Source: Raphidiopsis brookii D9 (GTDB taxonomy: Bacteria > Cyanobacteriota > Cyanobacteriia > Cyanobacteriales > Nostocaceae). From it: a DNA stretch of 32,000 nucleotides. The stretch lies in the NCBI GenBank assembly GCA_000175855.1, contig ACYB01000011.1, forward strand, positions 30,001 through 62,000, written 5' to 3'. Each line of letters starts with the position of its first letter. Within the stretch, counting starts at the first letter, position 1. Positions 10,095-18,592 of the stretch are shown here, piece by piece. A program made the translations under genes and the position numbers. The notes below the pieces were generated by a model. It was not told the DNA's origin, made no database searches, and saw only the letters and a list, made by a program, of their open reading frames with translations.

Positions 10095-10627
10095 TTGCTG
10101 ATCAACTCCACTGCGTCCCTACCATCAAAATCTTGCAGGTAAACCTTAACAATTTCTTCCTTGGTAGTTGGTAATTTTTTACCGATAAAATCCGGATGAA
10201 TAGGTAATTCTCGGTGACCCCGATCTACTAGAACTGCTAAACGAATTAGTTCCGGTCTACCATATTCATTAACAGCATTGAGAGCTGCGCGAATGGTTCT
10301 ACCTTTAAAAATCACATCATCCACCAAAATCACAGTTTTACCCGTTAAATCAAAAGGTATGTGAGTTTTAGCTGGGGTTCTTGGTCCAATTTTGTCTAGG
10401 TCGTCACGATAGAATGTGATATCCAATGCTCCCACGGAGGCGTTGATACCTTCTAAATTTTCGACTTGACGTGCGAGTAACTTAGCTAGACATACTCCCC
10501 TAGTGTAGATACCTAAAAAAACTAACTGTGATAAATCGCGAGTCTTTTCTACAATTTGAGAAGCCAGACGAATTGAAGTACGACGTAATTCTTCCGATGA
10601 GAGAATCTCAACTACCTTAGTGGACAT
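10091..10627 (-). CDS. pyrR: Bifunctional pyrimidine regulatory protein / uracil phosphoribosyltransferase PyrR
   Basis: 178 aa. The PRPP-binding loop [18 protein letters not shown] and the C-terminal [22 protein letters not shown] are typical of PyrR. Confidence 0.85.
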   Translation of the reverse strand: MSTKVVEILSSEELRRTSIRLASQIVEKTRDLSQLVFLGIYTRGVCLAKLLARQVENLEGINASVGALDITFYRDDLDKIGPRTPAKTHIPFDLTGKTVILVDDVIFKGRTIRAALNAVNEYGRPELIRLAVLVDRGHRELPIHPDFIGKKLPTTKEEIVKVYLQDFDGRDAVELISN

Positions 10628-10646
10628 GATAGGATAGTTAATATAA

Positions 10647-11612
10647 TTAGGTTATAATAATTTTATATGCTACAGTTGTCAAACCTAACCATAGTAAAAA
10701 GGAATATCGAGTTAATTGTAAAGCTCGATAAATGGAAGTAGAAGTAATGGGATAAATAGGATCCCCCAAAAGTGGTTTATATTTGGCTACTCCTTTATAC
10801 CAGTTTAATCCTCCCATCTGGACACCCAAAATGGCAGCGTATGCGCACTCACTCCAACCCGAATTAGGGCTAGGGTCTTGGATGGCATCCCGCTTACAAA
10901 GATGCCAAACACCCAGGGGTTTAAGTGATAAAATAGCCAAGGTGATGACTGTTAAACGACAGGGAATCCAAGTCAAACAGTCTTCTAGTTTAGCACTAAA
11001 CCAACCGATATAGGTATAGGGAGGTTCTCGATAACCAACCATGGAATCTAAAGTGCTACTGGCTTTATACCCTAGGGCCAAAGGAATAGGACCAACACCG
11101 GGAATTAACATGCCAATAATAGCATAAAATAGAGGAGCCATAACCCCATCAGTGGCATTTTCTGTCACGGTTTCTAAAACTGCTCGCAGGATTTCTGACT
11201 CCGACAGATCTGCTGTATCTCTACCCACGTATTGACTCAGAATCTGTCGAGCTTGTGATAATTGGCCATCATTTAAAGGTTTGATAACATCCAAAGCAGC
11301 TTTGGTTAAACTGTGAAGGGCAAAACAACTGGCCAGCAAAATACTGGCAACGGTCATACCTAACCAGGGGTGTAACCAGTGAGTAATATGAACAATCAGC
11401 CACCCAGATACAGCAGCAGCACCAATTGTAGTCAAGGCCAAACCAATACCAGCTACACGCTGGGATAGGGGTCTAGAGAAGTGTTGCCAGGAAAATTGAG
11501 TCCAGCGAGAAATAAACCAACCCATTACCCTAACAGGGTGAGGCCAACCCCAGGGATCACCAATGATGTAATCTAAGAAAGCAGCCATTATTAATATTAT
11601 GATGTAGCTCAT
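10647..11612 (-). CDS. cbiB: Adenosylcobinamide-phosphate synthase CbiB/CobD
   Basis: Polytopic membrane protein starting [32 protein letters not shown], the CbiB signature. The track start at 11624 is a TTG abutting the upstream stop. The ATG is at 11612. Confidence 0.85.
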   Translation of the reverse strand: MSYIIILIMAAFLDYIIGDPWGWPHPVRVMGWFISRWTQFSWQHFSRPLSQRVAGIGLALTTIGAAAVSGWLIVHITHWLHPWLGMTVASILLASCFALHSLTKAALDVIKPLNDGQLSQARQILSQYVGRDTADLSESEILRAVLETVTENATDGVMAPLFYAIIGMLIPGVGPIPLALGYKASSTLDSMVGYREPPYTYIGWFSAKLEDCLTWIPCRLTVITLAILSLKPLGVWHLCKRDAIQDPSPNSGWSECAYAAILGVQMGGLNWYKGVAKYKPLLGDPIYPITSTSIYRALQLTRYSFLLWLGLTTVAYKIIIT

Positions 11613-11624
11613 ATCCACTTCCAA

Positions 11625-12068
11625 CTAAACCACAAAACTTGCTTCTTCCCCAACAGCAGCTTGTCTGCTTCTAGCATCATAATAGAGGTCAGCCAAGGTA
11701 ATGCTATATAGAGCTTCTCGTAACTTTTGGTTGAGTCTTTGCCACAAAGTAAATGTCACCCAATCTTCAGCTTGTGTGGATGGTGAAACTTTCACAGCCA
11801 AATCAGCTATATTTTCCCCCACCGCTTCTAAAATCTCCCCTATGGAAATTTGTTGAGGGTGTTTTGCTAATTTATAGCCACCAACACTCCCACGTAAGGA
11901 GTGAACTAAACCAGCATGACGCATTTCTATCAATAGCTTTTCTAAATAAGCAGCCGGAATTTCTTGCCGCGAGGCGATCGCCTTCACGGAACCAGGCCCA
12001 TATTTTGGTTGTAAACTCAAATCCAGCAACGCCTTCACACTATAGTGTCCCCTGGTAGTTAATTTCAT
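11625..12068 (-). CDS. Rrf2-family transcriptional regulator (cysteine-free)
   Basis: MKLTTRGHYSVKALLDLSL...IASRQEIPAAYLEKLLIEMRHAGLVHSLRGSVGGYKLAK is the Rrf2 winged-helix N-terminus. There are no Cys residues in the 147 aa. Confidence 0.85.
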   Translation of the reverse strand: MKLTTRGHYSVKALLDLSLQPKYGPGSVKAIASRQEIPAAYLEKLLIEMRHAGLVHSLRGSVGGYKLAKHPQQISIGEILEAVGENIADLAVKVSPSTQAEDWVTFTLWQRLNQKLREALYSITLADLYYDARSRQAAVGEEASFVV

Positions 12069-12272
12069 CTTTATAGTTAACCGTTATCGCTCAACAAACT
12101 TTCTCCATCATCTTCCTCCAACCTAGAAAATATTGACAGAGGTTTAAAAAACTTAATCAACTTGATCCTGAAAATCAGTGTACAAATCAACTTACCCATC
12201 TAAAGGTAGGAGGACGGGGAAAATTTTCTTCAAAAAACCCCTTGACAAAATAGATAATTGTGCAACAATTTT

Positions 12273-12281
12273 TGTTATAAT
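12273..12281 (+). promoter_or_regulatory. Extended -10 promoter element candidate (TGTTATAAT) for the cyAbrB gene
   Basis: TGnTATAAT match at 12273-12281, about 130 nt upstream of the ATG at 12413. The TTGACA at 12242-12247 is 28 nt away, too far to be its -35 element. Confidence 0.3.
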
Positions 12282-12412
12282 CATCATAATATTTTAACTG
12301 CAAACCAAGACCAAGTTAGGGAAACCAAGTTATGGGCTTTCCATTGGCTTGACTGTCAGTTAAAATGAAATCGAATCAACCACTTCAGTTATCCAATTTC
12401 AGCCAAAAGTTG

Positions 12413-12830
12413 ATGCCTAAGCAAAAAGAAAATTGACCCCCTTGTTGGTGAAGAACTGCTCCAAAGAGTTAAGGAGCTAGGGAATGAAACCAGGGAAGAG
12501 AAAGCTAAACAGTGTGGCTACTATACCATTACCAAGAATGGGATAGAGCGGGTGAATATAATGAAGTTCTTGAATGCCTTAATTGAGGCCGAGGGTATTC
12601 AGTTAGATGGCGCACCCGGTGCCAACGGTCGTGGTGGAAGGAGTGCCAGCTATAGAGTTAGCGTGCAGTCGAACAACAATTTACTCATAGGTTCAGCTTA
12701 CACAAAACAGATGAATCTAAAACCCGGCGATGAATTTGTCATCAGCTTAGGTAAAAAGCATATTCGACTGCGACAAGTAGAGCCAGAAGAAAGAGATGAT
12801 GATGATCAGCTGGAAGAAGTAACAGCTTAA
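12413..12830 (+). CDS. cyAbrB-type (cyanobacterial AbrB-like, CalA/CalB family) transcriptional regulator with a frame break 4-6 codons after the ATG
   Basis: The C-terminal SpoVT/AbrB-like domain (RSASYRVSVQSNNNLLIGSAYTKQMNLKPGDEFVISLGKKHIRLRQVE) and the upstream in-frame segment KKKIDPLVGEELLQRVKELGNETREEKAKQCGYYTITKNGIERVN match cyAbrB proteins. The only ATG (12413) is in the neighbouring frame and reads MPKQKEN-stop. Confidence 0.8.
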
Positions 12831-12847
12831 TTATCGAAAATTTTGGA

Positions 12848-12875
12848 ATCCCCGTCTTTTTAAAGCGGGGAATTT
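12848..12875. terminator. Hairpin between the convergent cyAbrB and ClC genes (bidirectional terminator candidate)
   Basis: Stem TCCCCG (12848-12853) / CGGGGA (12865-12870) with an 11-nt loop, followed by ATTTT on the plus strand and by a T-rich tract on the minus strand. Confidence 0.5.
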
Positions 12876-12883
12876 TCACTGCT

Positions 12884-14764
12884 TCAGCAGTCTTTAGATA
12901 AATAAGGCTCTACAGCTTTACGAGTAGTTGCTAAGTTACAGGTTAAAGCAATTTCCTTTTGTTCTAATAAACCCACAATACAATCTGGATTATGCCTGTC
13001 TAAAACTGGTAATTGCTGTAGTCCTCTGAGTGCCATACGGTCTAAAGCCTCAGATAAAGGTTCATCTTGCCAAGCATAAAGGATATCGGTGGTACAAATA
13101 TCGAGAATGGTTTGACCAAAAAAATCGGGCTTTAGTTGTTCTGAGGGAGTTTGGTAGTTTTCCCAGCGAGAAAGGGTGCGATTAATATCATCCAAAGAGA
13201 CAATACCTACCAATTTTTCATTGGCATCAATCACTAAGGCGCTAGGAACATGATCGTGGATCATTTCCAAAGCTGCTTCTAGCACGCTAAGATTGGCAGG
13301 GATTTTTTTGGGGTGGAAATGGATGGCCTCAGCAACAGAAGTGGTTTGAATCACTTCCAATTTATGGTCTTTTAATTCCGCAAGACCAATTTGTTGTAGG
13401 TTCACATTGGAACTAACAGTAGGTTTAATCAGTTCCATGAGCCATATACTTAAACCCACTGCTGCCATCAAAGGCAAAACAATACGGTAATCACGGGTCA
13501 GTTCAAACAACATTAATATAGCAGTTAAAGGAGCTCGAACACTGGCAGCTAAAACAGCAGCCATACCAACCATGGCATAAGCGGGGGGTGCAGCCATATA
13601 CTCAGCCACACCTGGAAATATCAGGGACAGTAACTTTCCGTATGCAGAACCCAGGGATGCGCCCAAAAACATGGCCGGGGCAAAAAGTCCCCCCACAAAA
13701 CCACTAGCTGAACTAATTGCCGTTGCTAATAATTTTAACACCATTAAACCCAGCAAGAGGTATAAAGAAAATTCCTGGTCCTGTAAAATGGCTTCCACGG
13801 TTCCATAACCAATACCCAAAATTTGCGGATAATTTAAAGCTACTAAACCAACCAGAAAACCACCTATAACCGGTTGTATAGGTTTGGGAATCTTACTGAA
13901 AAATGCCAGACCCTTAAATTTGCCATTAAACAAGTTTTGGGCCGTGCTAATAGATTGTTTATAAGTAAGAGCTACCACACTAGCTCCCAAACCTAAACCC
14001 AGATATAGGGGTAACTCCAAAAGACTACGAACCTCGTATGCAGGTAAGGTAAAAGCCGGTTGACTGCCTAAACCAATTTGAGCGATTAAGGCTGCTACCA
14101 CTGCCGCTAGTAAAACTACACTAACTGCAGAGGTGGCAAAAGATGTAGCGCCCAAAACCACTTCCAAGGCAAAAAACACCCCAGCAATGGGAGCATTAAA
14201 CCCAGCGGCTAAACCAGCAGCAGCGCCTGCTCCTATTAACAGTCTTTGTCGTTCTTGAGAAACTTGTAAGACATCTGAGAATAAAACCCCAAAATTTGCT
14301 CCAATTTCCACACTCGGACCCTCTGGACCCAAGGAAGCACCACTACCCAAAGAAACACCAGCAGCTATCATTTTGGTAACGGGACGAAGTTTTTGCTTAA
14401 CTTCCTTCCCTTGGGAAACAGCAATTAAAGACAAAAGCCCAGGACCAAAATCCTGAGTGCGCCAACGCATTAGACCAACAATTATGCCACCTAAGGTAGG
14501 AACACAGGCTAAAGTCCAGGCTCCCCACCTTCCTATGAATGCCATTAGGTTTTCTAACATTAAGTCGTGAACAAGTTCAATTAAATAGTGGAAGGTTACT
14601 ACACCCATACCTGTACCACTACCGATAAGTATAGCTAGAAATAATACTACCGTTTCCTGGGATGGCTGGAAACGGCGAATCAGATTAGTTAAGAAAGTGG
14701 AAATATGGGGGAAGGTAGTCGGTTGAAATACCTTATGCATTTGTGTGGGAGGCAATAAGCTCAT
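12884..14764 (-). CDS. ClC-family chloride channel / Cl-/H+ exchanger with C-terminal CBS pair
   Basis: 626 aa. ClC signatures GSGASLGPEGPSVEIG, GFNAPIAGVFFALE and GGLFAPAMFLG. The C-terminal ~150 aa is CBS-like (LVGIVSLDDI..., QLPVLD...IVGLL). Confidence 0.9.
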   Translation of the reverse strand: MSLLPPTQMHKVFQPTTFPHISTFLTNLIRRFQPSQETVVLFLAILIGSGTGMGVVTFHYLIELVHDLMLENLMAFIGRWGAWTLACVPTLGGIIVGLMRWRTQDFGPGLLSLIAVSQGKEVKQKLRPVTKMIAAGVSLGSGASLGPEGPSVEIGANFGVLFSDVLQVSQERQRLLIGAGAAAGLAAGFNAPIAGVFFALEVVLGATSFATSAVSVVLLAAVVAALIAQIGLGSQPAFTLPAYEVRSLLELPLYLGLGLGASVVALTYKQSISTAQNLFNGKFKGLAFFSKIPKPIQPVIGGFLVGLVALNYPQILGIGYGTVEAILQDQEFSLYLLLGLMVLKLLATAISSASGFVGGLFAPAMFLGASLGSAYGKLLSLIFPGVAEYMAAPPAYAMVGMAAVLAASVRAPLTAILMLFELTRDYRIVLPLMAAVGLSIWLMELIKPTVSSNVNLQQIGLAELKDHKLEVIQTTSVAEAIHFHPKKIPANLSVLEAALEMIHDHVPSALVIDANEKLVGIVSLDDINRTLSRWENYQTPSEQLKPDFFGQTILDICTTDILYAWQDEPLSEALDRMALRGLQQLPVLDRHNPDCIVGLLEQKEIALTCNLATTRKAVEPYLSKDC

Positions 14765-15014
14765 GGAAGACCAGTAAATATAACGAAAAATTTAATTTTT
14801 TATCTGTTATTCTTTATTGTGAGGCATAATTCAGCTAGTAAACAACTATTGGGCGATAATCTGTCAGTCAATTGGCAATGGTTTATTCCATAGCTGGGTT
14901 GTAGTATTATATAAAAATACGAAGCTAGCAGAGTTTAAACTGCATCTGTCGTCCCTGGGGGCGAGGAGTGTCACAATAGTAATAAATGGTCAACTGACTA
15001 GGCAAACCCTATCA

Positions 15015-15374
15015 ATGAACATAAACATTTCTGATGGTAATCATCTACGCTGCCCGATTTGCCGAGGGAGTAATACAAAAAAAGCCTTTGGAACCTACAT
15101 AGGACTGTTTACTTGTCCATTCTGTCATGAAAGGCTAGTAGTTTGCAAGAGTGGTCACTATGTACGTGACCCGTTTGGCTGGAGGAAAATTGTTTTGGAA
15201 TCGGCATTGCGCCGTCAAAGCAAACCTATTTCGAGATTGGTACGAGATTTGTTTTCCCTCAAACGATATTTGTTTGTAGTGGGGATGGGAATTGGAATTG
15301 TACTAACCACAATAGTAATTACTGAACAAAATACTAGTTATAAGCAACACCCAAGTTCCTTAGGTCATCCTTAG
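15015..15374 (+). CDS. Hypothetical zinc-ribbon protein with a C-terminal TM helix
   Basis: CPICRG...(17 aa)...CPFCHE forms a four-Cys ribbon. The hydrophobic helix is YLFVVGMGIGIVLTTIVI. No family recognised. Confidence 0.5.
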   Translation: MNINISDGNHLRCPICRGSNTKKAFGTYIGLFTCPFCHERLVVCKSGHYVRDPFGWRKIVLESALRRQSKPISRLVRDLFSLKRYLFVVGMGIGIVLTTIVITEQNTSYKQHPSSLGHP

Positions 15375-15702
15375 GGAGCAAGGAAATATAACTTCCCTAA
15401 ACTAAATAAATGGCGAAAAATTGTCGGTCCTATCAGTCTAGTTATTAACTGCACAATACTGAGTAATTGATTGGTGCACTAAATACAATTAGAAAAGTAA
15501 TTCCTGATGTCTTTGGGGAATAAAGGGCTTGCCGTTTAGCCCTGTAGCGCTTTACCCGCTACGTACTCACAAATTTCTAGAATTTGTTTGAACGGTAACT
15601 TTTTTTAGTTTATTTTTTAAACAATTTAACATTTTCCGTGTCAGTTAAATGATATAAGTGACACAAAACCAACTTGACCAGTTTGTTATGAGGAGTTTAC
15701 CA

Positions 15703-17215
15703 ATGAATCTACCTGTTGTTTTAGATATAGCCCTAGGGTTAGTTTTCACTTACCTGATTTTAAGTTTGTTGGCTTCGGAGATTCAAGAGCTACTTGCTAC
15801 TGTTTTGCAATGGCGAGCGGTGCATCTAAAAAAATCTATTGAGATATTCTTAGCAGGGGATATAAAGAATTCTGATGCTAAGGATGTACTGGACCTGGTG
15901 AATAGGATTTATAATAATCCTATCATTAGAAGCATTAACCAGGAAACAAAGGGATTTTTATCAACCTTACCCAGAAAAATGACCTGGAAGGTAGCTGACA
16001 TAGTTAGTTCAGTCAAAAAGTTGGTTTCTAGATCATCACGGGAAAACAAAATTTTTGCCAATCAAAATAGTGGACCTTCCTATATCTCTAGTGACAGTTT
16101 TGTTTCTGGTTTATTAGAGGAGTTAAAACTGCCTAAAATCATTCATAGTCTTGTAGAGGTGAGGTTAGAAAATTTTAAGATTCAACATTTGCGAGCCATT
16201 AAATTAATTCTAACGAGATCTTTAAGACAAATAGCAAGTAATGAGTTATCAACTAATGTTACTCATGATATCAATGATGATTTTGTGAATCTAGACTCTG
16301 AATATAGGCAAATTGTGGATGATTTTAAAAATCAAAAATTTGATGTAGATACTAGTATGAATCGGATGCAGGATAGTTTAAACAAATATATCAACAATTT
16401 TCAAGCTAATATTGAAAATAATCACCCAGCCTTAATGGAAACACACAAGCGGTTGCAGACTTTACAAAATCATATTTTTCCCAGTCTTGAGGAAGCAATT
16501 ACTGTTGCGGGTCTCAAGCCCAGTATTAGTGAAATTATCCAATTAATGGAAACTGGTAAAGCTGGATATAATGAAATTCAAACCACTTCACAACTGAGGG
16601 ACGGTGAAAGATATGTAACTATTAGGGATCTGATTGATAGCTTACCACCGGGAATGAAGCAAAACATTGCGACCATGGCCAAGCGGGCCCAGTATAAAGC
16701 CAAAACCACAGAGGAGGGGATACGGGTATTAAGACAAGAGATAGAAAATTCTTTTGATAGTTCCATGCAAAGAGCTGGGGGTGTTTATAAACGTAATGCT
16801 AAAGGGGTAGCAATTTTAATTGGTATTGTTATAGCTTTTGGCGCTAATGCGGATACATTTTACATTATTGATCGGCTATCTAAGGATACAGCATTGAGGG
16901 AAGCAATTGTTTATAAAGCTCAACAGACCATAGATCAGCAAGTGCTAGATCCTAACTTGAAAAACATTGACACCAATCAAATTTTAGAGGATATTAGTTT
17001 ACCCATTGGTTGGAGTGAAAAAAACTTAAACCGAGCAACTGGGTACTAATCCGATTAAAATCAACGGTGTTTCCATTGTGAGCTCCAATATGATAATGGG
17101 TTGGCTAGTCAGTGGTTTTGCCATTGCTATGGGTGCGCCTTTTTGGTTTGATTTGCTGGGTAAAGTAATGAATGTGAGAAATACCGGTAAAGGGAACAAG
17201 GGAACGGGGAACTAG
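15703..17215 (+). pseudogene. Conserved-looking membrane protein of unknown function with a +1 frame break at 17041-17049
   Basis: The ATG at 15703 is preceded by AGGAG and opens with a TM helix (MNLPVVLDIALGLVFTYLILSLLASE). The ORF stops at 17049. The next frame is open from 17030 to the TAG at 17213-17215 and encodes a further TM helix and basic tail (MIMGWLVSGFAIAMGAPFWFDLLGKVMNVRNTGKGNKGTGN). Confidence 0.65.
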
Positions 17216-17225
17216 GGAGTGGTTT

Positions 17226-18512
17226 TTAAAAACTGAAGATAATTTGTAAATTCCAATTTTCACCTTGACGAATAATCTCTATCTGACGAATAAATTCTCG
17301 GAGGTAAAAACGCCTTTCTACCTCCGATAAGTCCATCCAAAACTGTGGAATGGAGACAGCTTGTGCAACGGAGGACAAATTCACAGGGGGGAGAATAGCT
17401 AACTGAGACTCCAGTTGAGAAATTTCTGTCTGGAGTTTATAACGCCTTAATTTTGCTGTTTCTTGATCTAGCACTCCCGTTTCTATTAAAATGGGTAGCT
17501 GGTCAACAATTGCTTGTTTACTTAAAATTTGAGCAGTTAACTTTTTTTTCATACTATCTAATTGACTAAAATTTACTTGGTCAACAGCTGTAGGTAAATT
17601 TTGACAAATTGTTTCAATGGTTCTGGTTAGAACCTGTTCATAAGAAATAGAATCACATTTAGGATTTTGAGGACACTTGGTGTTGCGCAAATATAGGTAC
17701 TCTTGTGATTGGGAAGAGTGTGTAACCCGGTTAATATTCATTTTTTGTTGGCATTGATTACATAGGACTAGTCCAGCTAAGGAATAGGGCGCACTAGCTG
17801 TACGGGATGATAAACGACTATTACTCCGTAAAATTCTGTCAACTTGAGCTGATTCTTCCTTGGATATTATACCAGGATGAGTATTAGATATAGTTTCTCC
17901 ATTTTGATAAATAGTGTCACCACGATAAACTGGATTGGTTAACCACCTTCTACCAGTGGTAACGGAGATTTTTTTGCCATATTTTTTGGCTAGATAACGA
18001 ACTGCACCGCGTACAGAAGCATAGAGTAAAAAGTGATCAATAAATTCTTTGACTAAGGGAGATGTACTGCGATCAATAATGTATTTTCCCTTACTGACCC
18101 GATAGCCATAGGGAACCTTACCAGGTGGTCGCAAGGCTTCCAGACGATTTTTTGCGTGTCCACTACGAATACGACGACTACGTTGTTGGCTTTGAATCTC
18201 CTGGGCTAAATCCAGCATAGTCAGGGGAACCTCAGCAGTTTCCGATATATATGGTTGTTCTATGGCAATGATTATTACTCCCATAGTTTCCAGTTGATTC
18301 AGGCGATCGCCCACTTGTTGTAAAGTATCTCCTAGTTCATCCAAACGTCTAATGAGAAGATAGGTGGGGGAAGGGCACTCGTAGATTAATTGTTGCAATT
18401 GAGACCGCCCTCCCATATCTTGATAAATTTGATCTACTTCCCAACCCCAAATAGAGTCATCGGGTGCGGTTTCCAAAAGTGGATCCGTATAACTATAGGC
18501 AATGATTCTCAT
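17226..18512 (-). CDS. Large serine-recombinase family protein with degenerate catalytic motifs
   Basis: Resolvase-like N-domain, recombinase domain (PYGYRVSKGKYIIDRS...WLTNPVYRGD), zinc ribbon (CNQC...CPQNPKC) and coiled coil. The canonical YxRVS and DRLGR motifs read AYSYTD and DELGD. Confidence 0.8.
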   Translation of the reverse strand: MRIIAYSYTDPLLETAPDDSIWGWEVDQIYQDMGGRSQLQQLIYECPSPTYLLIRRLDELGDTLQQVGDRLNQLETMGVIIIAIEQPYISETAEVPLTMLDLAQEIQSQQRSRRIRSGHAKNRLEALRPPGKVPYGYRVSKGKYIIDRSTSPLVKEFIDHFLLYASVRGAVRYLAKKYGKKISVTTGRRWLTNPVYRGDTIYQNGETISNTHPGIISKEESAQVDRILRSNSRLSSRTASAPYSLAGLVLCNQCQQKMNINRVTHSSQSQEYLYLRNTKCPQNPKCDSISYEQVLTRTIETICQNLPTAVDQVNFSQLDSMKKKLTAQILSKQAIVDQLPILIETGVLDQETAKLRRYKLQTEISQLESQLAILPPVNLSSVAQAVSIPQFWMDLSEVERRFYLREFIRQIEIIRQGENWNLQIIFSF

Positions 18513-18574
18513 GGGAAATTATAGATTTCTACTTGATTTTACTTGATTTTACTTTAGGGTCGCCAGGAAACGTC

Positions 18575-18592
18575 CATAGTTTAAAAACTATG
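18575..18592. promoter_or_regulatory. Perfect 18-bp palindrome CATAGTTTAAAAACTATG in the recombinase-like/cmpA divergent spacer
   Basis: CATAGTTT + AA + AAACTATG is self-complementary over all 18 nt. It lies 63 nt upstream of the minus-strand start at 18512 and 334 nt upstream of cmpA. Confidence 0.4.

Noticed and set aside
9577-12058. Track ORFs 9577-9759, 10783-11013 and 11753-12058
   Set aside because: These are alternative-frame or antisense ORFs inside the histidine kinase, cbiB and Rrf2 genes respectively. All are shorter than the homologous CDS that covers them.
12242-12281. TTGACA and TATAAT taken together as one sigma-70 type promoter
   Set aside because: The hexamers are 28 nt apart against an optimum of 17. 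Only the extended -10 element is reported, and at low confidence.
12422-12434. Programmed +1 ribosomal frameshift on CAA-AAA-GAA in the cyAbrB leader
   Set aside because: tRNA-Lys re-pairing from AAA to AAG is mechanically possible. However, there is no stimulatory element such as a rare or stop codon in the A site at the slip position or an upstream SD-like sequence. The other frame breaks in this window also sit in homopolymers, so a simple indel is more likely. It is kept only as a minor alternative in the finding.
16578-16766. 62-aa minus-strand ORF
   Set aside because: It is antisense within the large membrane-protein gene.
17226-18512. An active integrative, excision or developmental element (XisF-like) bounded by the serine recombinase gene
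   Set aside because: The catalytic Ser and Arg motifs are substituted. I see no flanking direct or inverted repeats and no interrupted gene. The gene itself carries a HIP1 site, like the resident chromosome.
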